The notes under the pieces are model-generated. The model worked only from the letters and a program-made list of their open reading frames with translations. It was not told the DNA's origin and did no database searches. A DNA stretch of 63,369 nucleotides, filler included, from Stramenopiles sp. TOSAG23-2 (taxonomy: Eukaryota), in the NCBI GenBank assembly GCA_900128395.1. It is 30 parts of 30 records of this genome, joined end to end, with 100 filler letters (N's around TTAATTAATTAA, not from the genome) between each part and the next. Parts side by side here need not be neighbours in the genome. Positions count along the whole stretch, not along the records: positions 33,324 to 37,002 come from LT651132.1; positions 37,103 to 40,776 come from LT651133.1; positions 40,877 to 44,548 come from LT651134.1; positions 44,649 to 48,318 come from LT651135.1; 26 more parts are not named here. One strand, 5' to 3'. A program made the position numbers and the translations under genes. Below are positions 34,830 through 45,140 of this stretch, in pieces. The stretch's first letter is position 1. Each line of letters begins with the position of its first letter.

Positions 34830-35879
34830 TTATTCATCATCATCATCAGCTAATAAAGCAGCTGCTTTACGTGCAAATGCAGCTTTTTTTTGTGATACAC
34901 GTGCTTTACGTTGAGACAATGAAATCTTCGTGCGGTTTCTTTGGCCTGGTTTATCAGCCAATGATTTTGCACGTGCAGCATTTGGTTTTTTACTACCATC
35001 TGCATTGTACGTACGTGCTTTTACACTTTCAGCATTTTTTGGTGATGGATCAGCACGAATTGCTTTGTGTACAGCTAATAATGTATCTTGGTAATTCTCT
35101 GGACCTAAACCTTCTTTCACGTAGGATGAAAATAATTTACCAAAATTATTAGTACCTTCTTCTTCATCTTGTTCTTTGATGTGTTCCATGTATTCCGTAA
35201 CGCCACCTCCCAATAAACGTTCACGCATTGATTCAGCACTGTAGATCTTTTTATCACCATCATCCTCATCCATGTAAAAACGTTTTTCGTTATGTGGAAT
35301 ATCGATACCACCATCCACAGCACCTTTTAATGCAGCGAAGATTTTAGATCCACTAGTTGTTGGTTTTAAACCAACATCTAAGAATGCACGGAAGGGGCGA
35401 ACATCGTCATTCACTTCCTCAACGAAATGTTTACGTTTGGTTTCACTTAATGTTGCTTCATCAAAGGTAATTTCACCGGATACAGCTTCATCACCAGTGT
35501 ATAACTTTTCCAAAGAACGTTCATCTTCCACACCTTTACTTAATTTTGCTAATAAACGTCTTGCAACTAATAATCCAGTGCAATATGCTGCTGCATAATT
35601 TTTCAAACCACATTTCAAGCCATAACGTCCCAATTCACTGGAGTATGCACTTGCCAATACGCGGTCACAATCGATTTGACTGTACACGATTTGACAGATG
35701 CAATATCTATTCGTGAACCGTACTACTAAACGATATTTTGGGGTATTGTATTTTGCTTTATGTTGTACAATTAAACGTTTTCTAGCAAAATAATCCGTTT
35801 TCCCTTGTCTTCTACGACGATATTTTACTTGGTAACGTTTGAAATACGCTTTGTTTTTTTGTACTTTTACAAATGGCAT
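34830..35879 (-). CDS. RPL5: 60S ribosomal protein L5 (uL18), intronless
   Basis: MPFVKVQKNKAYFKRYQVKYRRRRQGKTDY...GLKNYAAAYCTGLLVARR...GAVDGGIDIPH. Confidence 0.98.
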   Translation of the reverse strand: MPFVKVQKNKAYFKRYQVKYRRRRQGKTDYFARKRLIVQHKAKYNTPKYRLVVRFTNRYCICQIVYSQIDCDRVLASAYSSELGRYGLKCGLKNYAAAYCTGLLVARRLLAKLSKGVEDERSLEKLYTGDEAVSGEITFDEATLSETKRKHFVEEVNDDVRPFRAFLDVGLKPTTSGSKIFAALKGAVDGGIDIPHNEKRFYMDEDDGDKKIYSAESMRERLLGGGVTEYMEHIKEQDEEEGTNNFGKLFSSYVKEGLGPENYQDTLLAVHKAIRADPSPKNAESVKARTYNADGSKKPNAARAKSLADKPGQRNRTKISLSQRKARVSQKKAAFARKAAALLADDDDE

Positions 35880-36036
35880 TGTGTTTGTTTTGTTTGTTTG
35901 TTTTTTAAATATATATATATTTGTTATTTATAATTTATATTGTTTTTAGTTTTGTTGTTATACATATTCATGTTATGTCTGTGTTGACGAAAGATGTGTA
36001 TTGAATATGTGTGGGTATGTATGATATTTTAATATA

Positions 36037-36260
36037 TATATATGTAAAATGACATTGATTTTATTTTTGTGTTGTCAATAGTGTGTCGTTATGTATTTGT
36101 ATAGATTGACATGGCAATTATCGCGATTAAACACGTATGGATGGAATTATTTATATATGTAAAATGACATTGATTTTGTTTACATAATACCAATAGTGTG
36201 TAGTTATATTATTGGTATCGATTGACATATCAACTATCTGGATTAAACAGGTATGGATAG
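36037..36260. repeat. Diverged ~115-bp tandem duplication upstream of RPL5
   Basis: TATGTAAAATGACATTGATTTT at 36041 and 36156; GATTAAACA.GTATGGAT at both unit ends. Confidence 0.85.
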
Positions 36261-36304
36261 AGGGAAACGTGCCGCAGCCATTCATTACGATGGTTTAATT
36301 GGTC

Positions 36305-36457
36305 AATGCTATGTCTATACTATTTCGTTTTCAATGCTGTGTGCCTCTATTAATTAGTATAATGCTATGTCTATACTATTTCATTTTCAATGCTGTGTGC
36401 CTCTATTAATTATTATAATGCTATGTCTATACTATTTCGTTTTCAATACTGTGTCGG
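36305..36457. repeat. 56-bp minisatellite, about 2.7 copies
   Basis: AATGCTATGTCTATACTATTTC at 36305, 36361 and 36417. Confidence 0.92.
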
Positions 36458-36563
36458 CGTACTTTTTTAATTTTTTATACGGAAGGCTATGCAGTAGTGC
36501 TACAGTATTAGTATACCCTCTAAATGGTCTACTAAAACATGCCAAAACTGTGCAAAACATGCC

Positions 36564-36813
36564 AAAACTGTGCACTTAACACTATTCACTATGGGGGAAA
36601 TATTCATCCTTTTTTCTATATTTTCGGATATTTGCTATTTTTTCCAAATATATGAAAAATAAAGTTGGCATTTTAGAAAACGATAAATACATATTTCCGT
36701 TGCTATTTTTTCCAAATATATGAAAAATAAAATTGGCATTTTAGAAAACGATAAATACATATTTCCACATATTTCCCATAGTGAATAGTGTTATTTGTTA
36801 AGTGTACAGTTTT
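36564..36813. mobile_element. Foldback/MITE-like element with terminal inverted repeats and an internal 68-bp duplication
   Basis: Perfect 19-bp IR TAACACTATTCACTATGGG (36577-95) / CCCATAGTGAATAGTGTTA (36775-93); outer 17-bp IR with one mismatch; second copy at 5793. Confidence 0.75.
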
Positions 36814-37102
36814 ATGATGTTTTAGAGGGTAGTAGCGTAGTAGCACTGCGAGCGCTGTGTTTCTGGATTTTATTCAAATCCAGAAAACCCTACTTAACAA
36901 CATTTTGATAGGAAAAAAGACTAGTGAGTAAACTTAATTAATCTTTACCTACCTGAAATTTAGGATGGACACAGCATTAAATAGCATAGATAGAGCATTA
37001 AANNNNNNNNNNNNNNNNNNNNNNNNNNNNNNNNNNNNNNNNNNNNTTAATTAATTAANNNNNNNNNNNNNNNNNNNNNNNNNNNNNNNNNNNNNNNNNN
37101 NN

Positions 37103-38049
37103 ACTTTTCCACCGCCACCACCACCACCACCAACGCCAAAATTGTTTAAAATAACTTTTTGTATCTTATCCATCGATTCCTTCATCGACTTTAATGTTAT
37201 CTTATCATTCACTTCCCTATCAGCAATACATTTTGCCATCATATCTTTACATTCTTGAATTTCTGTCATAAAAGGAGAATAAAAATCTTCCTCACACCTA
37301 TCCCATATACGATTACGTTCATCAATTAATTCTTCTAATACACGTTGTGCACGTAAACGTGTTTTATTTTCTTGTGTAAAATCATTTTTCGTACGTTCAA
37401 CATGTTCCTCGAAACGTTCAACAATTTGAGATTCACGTTTCAATAATTTTGTATTATCAATATCAAATGTTTCCCGTGCTTTCTTTAAATGTCGTGTAAC
37501 TTCACCTTGTTGTTTTTCAATAACGTCAGGTACTATAACATCTACAAAATAACGAAAGTCTTTATACCACTCATCATAACGGTTACTAACAACACCACCT
37601 TCTTTTGATTGCCTTTCAATTGATTCGTATTTATTATCAAGTTTCGAATTGAAATCTTCTGTTAAAATGGCTAATTGCGATGATATTTTCACGCGTATCT
37701 CTGCATCTTCCTTTTCCCGTGCAGTAGTTTCATCCTTACACCTAACTTCCCAACGTTTAATACGTTCATGCAAAGCAGTTATACGTTGTTGAAACGCACG
37801 ATTTTTCGCAATTGCTTGTGCACGTAAATATGTTTGATCCGATTGCAACCGTTCTGCTTCCTCGGTAATATGATCGTATCGCTTGGACTTTTTCGTATTT
37901 GGTGACGATGCTAATTTGACTTCTTTTGTTTTCCCAGCTGGTGCTGGTATAGTGACAGTATTTTCCATCTTTCCTTCATCAAGATCACCATATTTTGACT
38001 CATCCGCAACTTTATGTCCAAAATCTAATTTTAAACCTTCTTCCGCCAT
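37103..38049 (-). CDS. SF-assemblin/beta-giardin-like striated fibre coiled-coil protein (stop codon lost at contig edge)
   Basis: Short Pro-containing head then a long coiled-coil rod with ExxxR motifs; ends KIQKVILNNFG. Confidence 0.6.
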
Positions 38050-38815
38050 GATGATATAAATTAAAAACGTGAGGTAATGTGTGTATGCGTGTGTATATAT
38101 ATATATATATATATGTTCCTTTTTAAAGGATGAAGAAAAAGGATGGTATACTTTTTAGATTCGTGAAAGAAGTTATTATATGAAATTGTTGATGTAAATG
38201 TATGATGTGACTTATTGAAATGAAGTTTTATAATTCTTCTTCTTATTATTTGTTTTATTTAAATTATTTTTGCCGTTGGCTTGTGCGCTTCCGATGTGGC
38301 TTCCTGATGATTACCAGATTATTACTATCAGTGGTGGTAGTTCTATATATTATAGTCTACTGTAGTATATAGTATTATATATAGTTCTAGAATAGTATAT
38401 GTTAAATATGTTAATGTTAAGCTGTCGTCTGTATTAGGTATGATTTAGAATTTAGAGTACAGAAACATTGATAGTGTTTAGAATAGTACTAGAATACACA
38501 GCAACACCACATAGCAAAGTGTCGGAAAATCAAAACTATACGTGGTGGTAGTCCCCTGGTAGCTCAGCTAGTGCCAGAGTGCTGGAGTGCCTGTAATTGG
38601 TATTAATACAGTAGTGCCATCAAAATCCACAATTTCTCGTCACCACCACGGCCTCATTTATTCCTTCTTCACTCTGACAACCATCCATATATATACATCA
38701 CTCTATCAACAAACTACATATAATTAGATATCTGCATCATATATATATCCTTTTAGAACATACAAAACAAATATCAAGATAATAGAATTACAAATCACTA
38801 CAATTATTCACAATC

Positions 38816-40093
38816 ATGGCTGAAACTACCACCACAACTACAACCACCACGAAACCAGAAGAGATGGATGAAACATCGGAACGTTTAATCAAAACGGAAA
38901 ATTATATATCAAAAATATTATCATTTATACCGACTAATTTATATGTACCACCACCAGAGGAAGAGGAAAGAAGACATTATTGGACCAAACCAACTGAAAG
39001 TGAAAAACAAAAAATGAAATTTGAATCCAAAAAAGCAAAGCGTTTACGGTTAGATCCAACTAGTGGAGCTGCAGATGTGGTTGAAATGCAACAAAAGCAG
39101 AAACAATTAACAGTTCCATCTGGTAAATATAGTAAAAGTGACAAAGAAGAAGAGGTTGTTGATGGTGATAATGAAGAAGAAGAAACTACCGATAATAATA
39201 ATAATAATAATAATAGTAATAATAACAATAGCAACGATAGCCCCACGGATGACAATAGTAAATCTGGCAAAATTAATAAATTAAAAGAGCGTTTAGTGGC
39301 ACGAATAGCAAACTTACGTGATCAAAGAAAAGGTGCAGGGAAACGATTGAAACGTGCTTTAAAGAAAAGTGAGAAAAAAGCATTAAATAATGGTGTAAAT
39401 AACAATAAGAAGAATAAAAGGCAAAAAAGTAAAAAAAATAGCAAAAATGGCAAAGATGATACAAGTAGTGATGAAACTATCAGTAGTTCTGATGCTTCAA
39501 ACAATATCAAAATTAATAATAAAAATCAAAGTAAAAAGAGAAAGAAATCTAGTATACCAGAAATGATGTCGGATATTAAATTTTCATCGATTGAAGGTGT
39601 TGGTAAAGCAAATAGTCATATTGGTGCTGGTGAGCCAAAACGAAAGAAAAATTTACAAAAATTGTTAAAAGAAGCGCAGAAAAAACAACAACGAATGGCA
39701 GAATTGAAGGAACAAGGTGGTGGCAAAATACCACAATATGCATGGGATGCATCGATGGCAAGAGCAATGGGGGATAAAGTACTGGATGATCCAAAATTAA
39801 TTAAAAAATCGATTAAAAGACGTGAAAAAGAAAAAGCAAAATCACGTGCAAAATGGGAGAAAAGAAATCAAAGTGTGTTTGATGCAAATGAAAAAATTAT
39901 GGATAGGAAACGTGAAAATATGAAAAAATTAGATATGGTACGACAAGCAAAGAAACAAGGTAAATCATTAAAATTATTGGATTTAAAACCATCCAATCAA
40001 GCACAGCAAAAACGACCTGGATTTGAAGGAAGAAGAGATTCACCTTTGAATAGTGCTAAGAAAATAAAAAGTCGTGGTGGGAGTAGTAAATAA
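38816..40093 (+). CDS. SURF6: Surfeit locus protein 6 / RRP14 nucleolar protein
   Basis: KKAKRLRLDP; AWDASMARAMGDKVLDDPKLIKKSIKRREKEKAKSRAKWEKR; RPGFEG. Confidence 0.92.
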   Translation: MAETTTTTTTTTKPEEMDETSERLIKTENYISKILSFIPTNLYVPPPEEEERRHYWTKPTESEKQKMKFESKKAKRLRLDPTSGAADVVEMQQKQKQLTVPSGKYSKSDKEEEVVDGDNEEEETTDNNNNNNNSNNNNSNDSPTDDNSKSGKINKLKERLVARIANLRDQRKGAGKRLKRALKKSEKKALNNGVNNNKKNKRQKSKKNSKNGKDDTSSDETISSSDASNNIKINNKNQSKKRKKSSIPEMMSDIKFSSIEGVGKANSHIGAGEPKRKKNLQKLLKEAQKKQQRMAELKEQGGGKIPQYAWDASMARAMGDKVLDDPKLIKKSIKRREKEKAKSRAKWEKRNQSVFDANEKIMDRKRENMKKLDMVRQAKKQGKSLKLLDLKPSNQAQQKRPGFEGRRDSPLNSAKKIKSRGGSSK

Positions 40094-41328
40094 AATTTGT
40101 ATGCATTTTATGAGATTATGCATTAATTAATATTTTTTTTATAATACGAATAAAAATGGTTTTAATAAAAAATCTATTCGTAAAAGTTATCCGTTCGTAT
40201 GATAATAATTTTACTTCCCGTGCTAAGTAATATATATGCTCAATACACTCTCAAATACACTCAATCTCAAGAGAATAAAATATTCTTTCGTACTAATAGT
40301 ACGAAAAAAAGAATTAAAATGCATGTATATCATATAAAATATTTTAATTTATGTGGTGATATTTAAATTTTTAGTAAAAGGAAAATTAGAGTATGATATT
40401 GTCATACATGCTGGTATGCTACAAATCCGCGCGTAGTAAATGGGTGAATATCTCAGATTAGCAAATTATACACACTACGTCAAGTATCCGGGAAACTTAT
40501 CCCCCGAGACAACCATATTTAAATAATGTAATCATATTTATATGTCATACGAGCTTCGTATCATATATTTGAGATCCACATCATATATATGCAATATATT
40601 ATTTTTATTTTTATTTTAAAAAATTTAACTTTTTTAGATTTTAACCATCATATTTTAATATATATATATATGAGTACAAAAACCGACACACGAATTGAGA
40701 ACTCCCATGATGATATATATGTGTTTTTCTCTTACTCATATGTTATATAAAATTCTTTTACTCCCGTTTATTAACANNNNNNNNNNNNNNNNNNNNNNNN
40801 NNNNNNNNNNNNNNNNNNNNTTAATTAATTAANNNNNNNNNNNNNNNNNNNNNNNNNNNNNNNNNNNNNNNNNNNNTCCTCAGTATACAAATCTGATAGG
40901 ACCAAGTACAGATTCTAATTATTGTGCTCCAGTAAATCAAATATTGTTAATATAATTTGTAAAATTATATTTTGACTATATAATTCCATAATTAAAAAAA
41001 CAAGGTATAGAAAGAATGCATTTACCACGATCTGAAATCTTGTTTTTAATGCTGTGTAATGCCAGCCCAGCTGGGCCAGCTGGCCAGCCTGCTAGTCTAT
41101 ACTACTACTGCTGCCGTTATTTATTAATTTTTACTACCTGGTACTATTAATCAAAAAAAAGCTTTTTATATTTATTTACTACTCGTCAAAAGAATAATAA
41201 TAAGATAGATAATAGAAGAAATTATCAAAACTACAGTATCTTCCTTTTATCAAATATATTTGTTACTATTGTTAGTAGGAACAGCATTATATTTATACAT
41301 ACATATATATTATATATAGAAGATCAAC

Positions 41329-41907
41329 ATGGGAAATTCAGTTAGTGCCCCGTTTACAAAAAACAGTGAAGTTACTGTTATGATATGTGGTTTAGATAAT
41401 TCTGGGAAAAGTTCCATCGTATCATATTTACAACCTACAGATATTAGTAAAGAAGTTATTTATATAACACCGACATGTGGGTTTGCTTTAGAAAAATTCA
41501 AGAAGTTTCGCTATGATTGGTCTTGTTGGGATATGTCTGGTTTTGGTCGTTATCGTCATTTATGGAATCATTATTATCAATATTCACAAGGCATTATATT
41601 TGTAATAGACGTTACTGACAAAGCTAGAATTGCAGTAGCAAAAGATGAGTTAACGAAAGTACTGGACCATCCAGACGTTGTACGTAACAAAACACCAATT
41701 TTAGTATTTTATAACAAAAGCGATGAACCATCGAACAAAAAAATGCATATGACACAAGTAGATAAAATTTTACATTTAAATAATACCTCGAAATTAAAAT
41801 CACCAATACATATAACAGAATGCTCTGCATTAAGAGGGACAAATATTGATGAAGGATTACGATGGTTAATTGATGCAATTGAAATGAAACAAGAAAATGA
41901 GAAATAA
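41329..41907 (+). CDS. ARL6: ARF-like GTPase closest to ARL6/BBS3
   Basis: MG N-terminus, GLDNSGKS, PTCGF..EKF, DMSGFGRYRHLWNHYY, NKSD, CSA. Confidence 0.75.
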   Translation: MGNSVSAPFTKNSEVTVMICGLDNSGKSSIVSYLQPTDISKEVIYITPTCGFALEKFKKFRYDWSCWDMSGFGRYRHLWNHYYQYSQGIIFVIDVTDKARIAVAKDELTKVLDHPDVVRNKTPILVFYNKSDEPSNKKMHMTQVDKILHLNNTSKLKSPIHITECSALRGTNIDEGLRWLIDAIEMKQENEK

Positions 41908-42727
41908 TGCGTGTGCGTGTATCGCTATTTGTCTGTTTTTGTACATGTATATGAAAAAAGTGATAAAATATATTATATAATACACGTATATTTTTTAATT
42001 TGAATTAAATATTATATTTTTTTAAAAAAATAAAAAAATAAAAAGACGAACCAAAATACTACATTTTAGTACTACGAAACAATTATTATGATGAAACATA
42101 TTTCACATTTACAATTACCAAAATAGTTTGGTGCTGTTTAAAATTTGGCGTATAGTACCAGGTATAAATAATTATTTATGGGTGCTATTTAAAATAATTT
42201 AAAAAAATTGGTAAAGCAACGTGCTAAACAGTTCTAATTTCTAATTTCTAATATTATAGTGGCATGTAGTGGCATCTACAAGTATAATACTATCTATCAT
42301 AGAATAATTACAGTGTACAGTACATAGGCGGCACACGGCACACGGCACACCACAGGCAGTAGAATAGTAGCGCACTGGCTAGTAGTGTTGCTATTATAGT
42401 ATTATAAAGTTGAATAATATTTCAATTATTATTCCACTATTATTAGAATTATACCAGGTATACTGTAGTAGAACTATTATGGATTGAAGAAAGGTGCTAA
42501 AAAGTTCTTTAATAATCTAAAAAATCTAGTTATAAAAAAAAACTTTCTTTTAATTCAATATAACTATGTGCATATGTGCATATAGTAATAAAAAGAAAAA
42601 ACTGAAAAAGTTGTAATACAAAATTATATAAGGATTAAAATATATATATAAATGTATATATATATAGCATATTGATATAGTTTTTGCAATCTCTTTTTTT
42701 TTTTCTGTTTATTTTAATAATATAACT

Positions 42728-44467
42728 ATGGAAATCATACCGGGTCGTTCCGTTGGTCCGTTTTTCATTGGTTCACCTATACGTTCTGTATTAGCACATT
42801 TAGTGTCCGGGCAACGGTTAAAGTATGATACGGATTTTTTATTTGATGAAAAAGCACCATATAACTTTGATATTGTATTGGATTTAAAAAACATTGGTAT
42901 ACAATTACGTTTTGATCCAATTACCCAACGTTTATGGACCATTGATGTATATGATATTGGTAAAATGAATTTAGCATATGGTGGTGAAATTTTTGCAGGT
43001 ATGTCTCAAGCTACGCCAACACTAAGAGTGTTATATCGTTTATTTGGACCAACTTTCCCTGGTAAATTTGATACTGATTTAGACTGCTATATTTTGAGTT
43101 ATCGTGGCTTATCTTTTGCATTTCAAGTGCCACACCAAGCAGTTAAACCACAAGAAATTCCAATGACATTACCAGATGGAACAGAACCGTTAGCAACACG
43201 ACTTTTAATACATGTTGGTCCAGATTTACGCAAGATCAATTTGCCACGAGAATTATGTATTGGTGATTCACATGTATTTGTATCGTTGTATGTAAGCAAG
43301 CAAAAGAATGGCGGGTGTACCAGCTTTACCGTGCATATGCTACCATCAAATGCATTTGTTCAATATAATGATACAGTTCAACATGTATTAAGCGAACTTG
43401 GAACACCATCTAGTACATACGATAAAGTTGAAGATAAAATGAAAATACACCGTGGACATCATGAATTGTATCATAATAATAATATGTCAAAAAACAATGA
43501 TAATAAAACGGAGACTACATCAGATTATTTTTATAATTATTTCTCATTAGGAATGGATATATTATTTGATGGGGAAACACATACAGTGAAGAAAGTAGTT
43601 CTGCATACAAATATACCTGGACAAAGTGCCTTTAACCAATACTCACGTTGCCATTATCAATTAAGACAAATTAAAACGGATCATATTTCATTTGTGAAAC
43701 GTTCAAGATTTACATTAAATGAGCTAGATGCTAGATTTAATATTCCATTTAGCAATAACAATAACAATACGGATACTGATTATTCCGAATCAAGTCGAGA
43801 AACGTCACCCATACCATTGCCATTGAATAATAATAATAACAACAACAACAATAGCCTAATTCAAGTGATCGCATCGGAAGGTAACAATAATTATTTCTCA
43901 TCTTCGAATCAAATTCCATCAACTAATAATAATAATACTAAAAGTAAGAAAAAGAAAAAAAAGAAGAAGAAAAAAGGTTCTTCATCATCATTTCTTTCTT
44001 CAGGAAAAAATAATAATAATAATAACAACAGTAGTAACAACAACAGTAGTTCCAATAACAATAACACTAATGTATCGTCTGTCAATCTTGTAACAGAGGT
44101 ACAAAAAAGTAATACTAGTGACACCAGTGGTGGTGGTGGTAGACCTAATTTATTGGATGTAAATAATATTGGATTATTAATAAATGAAATGGAAGATATT
44201 GATGTAGGAGGAATTGATGATGAGGAATCATCATCATCGTTTTTAATACAATCAAATACAACTTGGGCTGAAATTGAAACTTGTATGGGTAGCAAAGCAG
44301 CCGGACCAATGATACGTGCACCGCCAGATTCAGGAAAATACGATACATCTGGAAGAATGTGTGCACCATCACCATTTCCAGCTACCAAAATGTATGCATA
44401 TAGTGGTTCCATTTACGAAGTGTTACAAAATGATTATGTATCCAATGTAACACTTTTTTGTACATAA
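42728..44467 (+). CDS. PHAF1: UPF0183 / PHAF1 (C16orf70) family protein
   Basis: GIQLRFDPITQRL, LFGPTFPG, EDKMKIH, DYFYNYFSLGMDILFD...VKKVVLHTNIPG...FNQYSRC. Confidence 0.92.
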   Translation: MEIIPGRSVGPFFIGSPIRSVLAHLVSGQRLKYDTDFLFDEKAPYNFDIVLDLKNIGIQLRFDPITQRLWTIDVYDIGKMNLAYGGEIFAGMSQATPTLRVLYRLFGPTFPGKFDTDLDCYILSYRGLSFAFQVPHQAVKPQEIPMTLPDGTEPLATRLLIHVGPDLRKINLPRELCIGDSHVFVSLYVSKQKNGGCTSFTVHMLPSNAFVQYNDTVQHVLSELGTPSSTYDKVEDKMKIHRGHHELYHNNNMSKNNDNKTETTSDYFYNYFSLGMDILFDGETHTVKKVVLHTNIPGQSAFNQYSRCHYQLRQIKTDHISFVKRSRFTLNELDARFNIPFSNNNNNTDTDYSESSRETSPIPLPLNNNNNNNNNSLIQVIASEGNNNYFSSSNQIPSTNNNNTKSKKKKKKKKKKGSSSSFLSSGKNNNNNNNSSNNNSSSNNNNTNVSSVNLVTEVQKSNTSDTSGGGGRPNLLDVNNIGLLINEMEDIDVGGIDDEESSSSFLIQSNTTWAEIETCMGSKAAGPMIRAPPDSGKYDTSGRMCAPSPFPATKMYAYSGSIYEVLQNDYVSNVTLFCT

Positions 44468-44499
44468 TAAAATAAAATATCAAATATATTTATTATAAT

Positions 44500-44548
44500 T
44501 TAATTTACGCATAATTTATTTTTAATTTACTCATGATAATTCCTACTC
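44500..44548 (+). repeat. Copy of the 49-bp post-stop element; the contig ends within it
   Basis: Exact reverse complement of 34709-34757. Confidence 0.9.
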
Positions 44549-45140
44549 NNNNNNNNNNNNNNNNNNNNNNNNNNNNNNNNNNNNNNNNNNNNTTAATTAA
44601 TTAANNNNNNNNNNNNNNNNNNNNNNNNNNNNNNNNNNNNNNNNNNNNACAAGGAATGTTTTTGTATCAATAATATATTCATAAATAATAAATAATCGGG
44701 ATGTGCACATGATGTGAGATTTGCACTCCTCTAGCTGCTGTGGTAGCCGCCAGGTAGCTCTAGCATGCCGGGCATGGTAGCGTAACTATTAATTGTATTA
44801 AAACATGAACGGATAACGAGGTATTGCTATTGCAAAGCTACTGTACTGTACTGCACTATTGCACTTCACAGATTTAGATTATTAAATTTTAAATACAGAC
44901 GACTATTCCCTTAAAAATCGATATGGAAAAAAGAGGTGCAAACCAAACTCTGGCAAACAACGTGCAAACCAAAAACCAATTTCAAATAATAAATTAATAA
45001 AAATAACAAAAAAAATTTAAAAATAACAAAATTAAAGTTAATGACAATGTATTCGTGAATTAAAAACAGAAATATAGACATGGATCAACTCCTCCCAATA
45101 CCCCCACCCTCTCAATATCAACGTCCGTAATACATGAACA

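Noticed and set aside
38551-38600. tRNA-like 5' half GTCCCCTGGTAGCTCAGCTAGT
   Set aside because: A-box-like only; no anticodon arm, T arm or acceptor pairing follows, and it lies in a stuttered upstream island.
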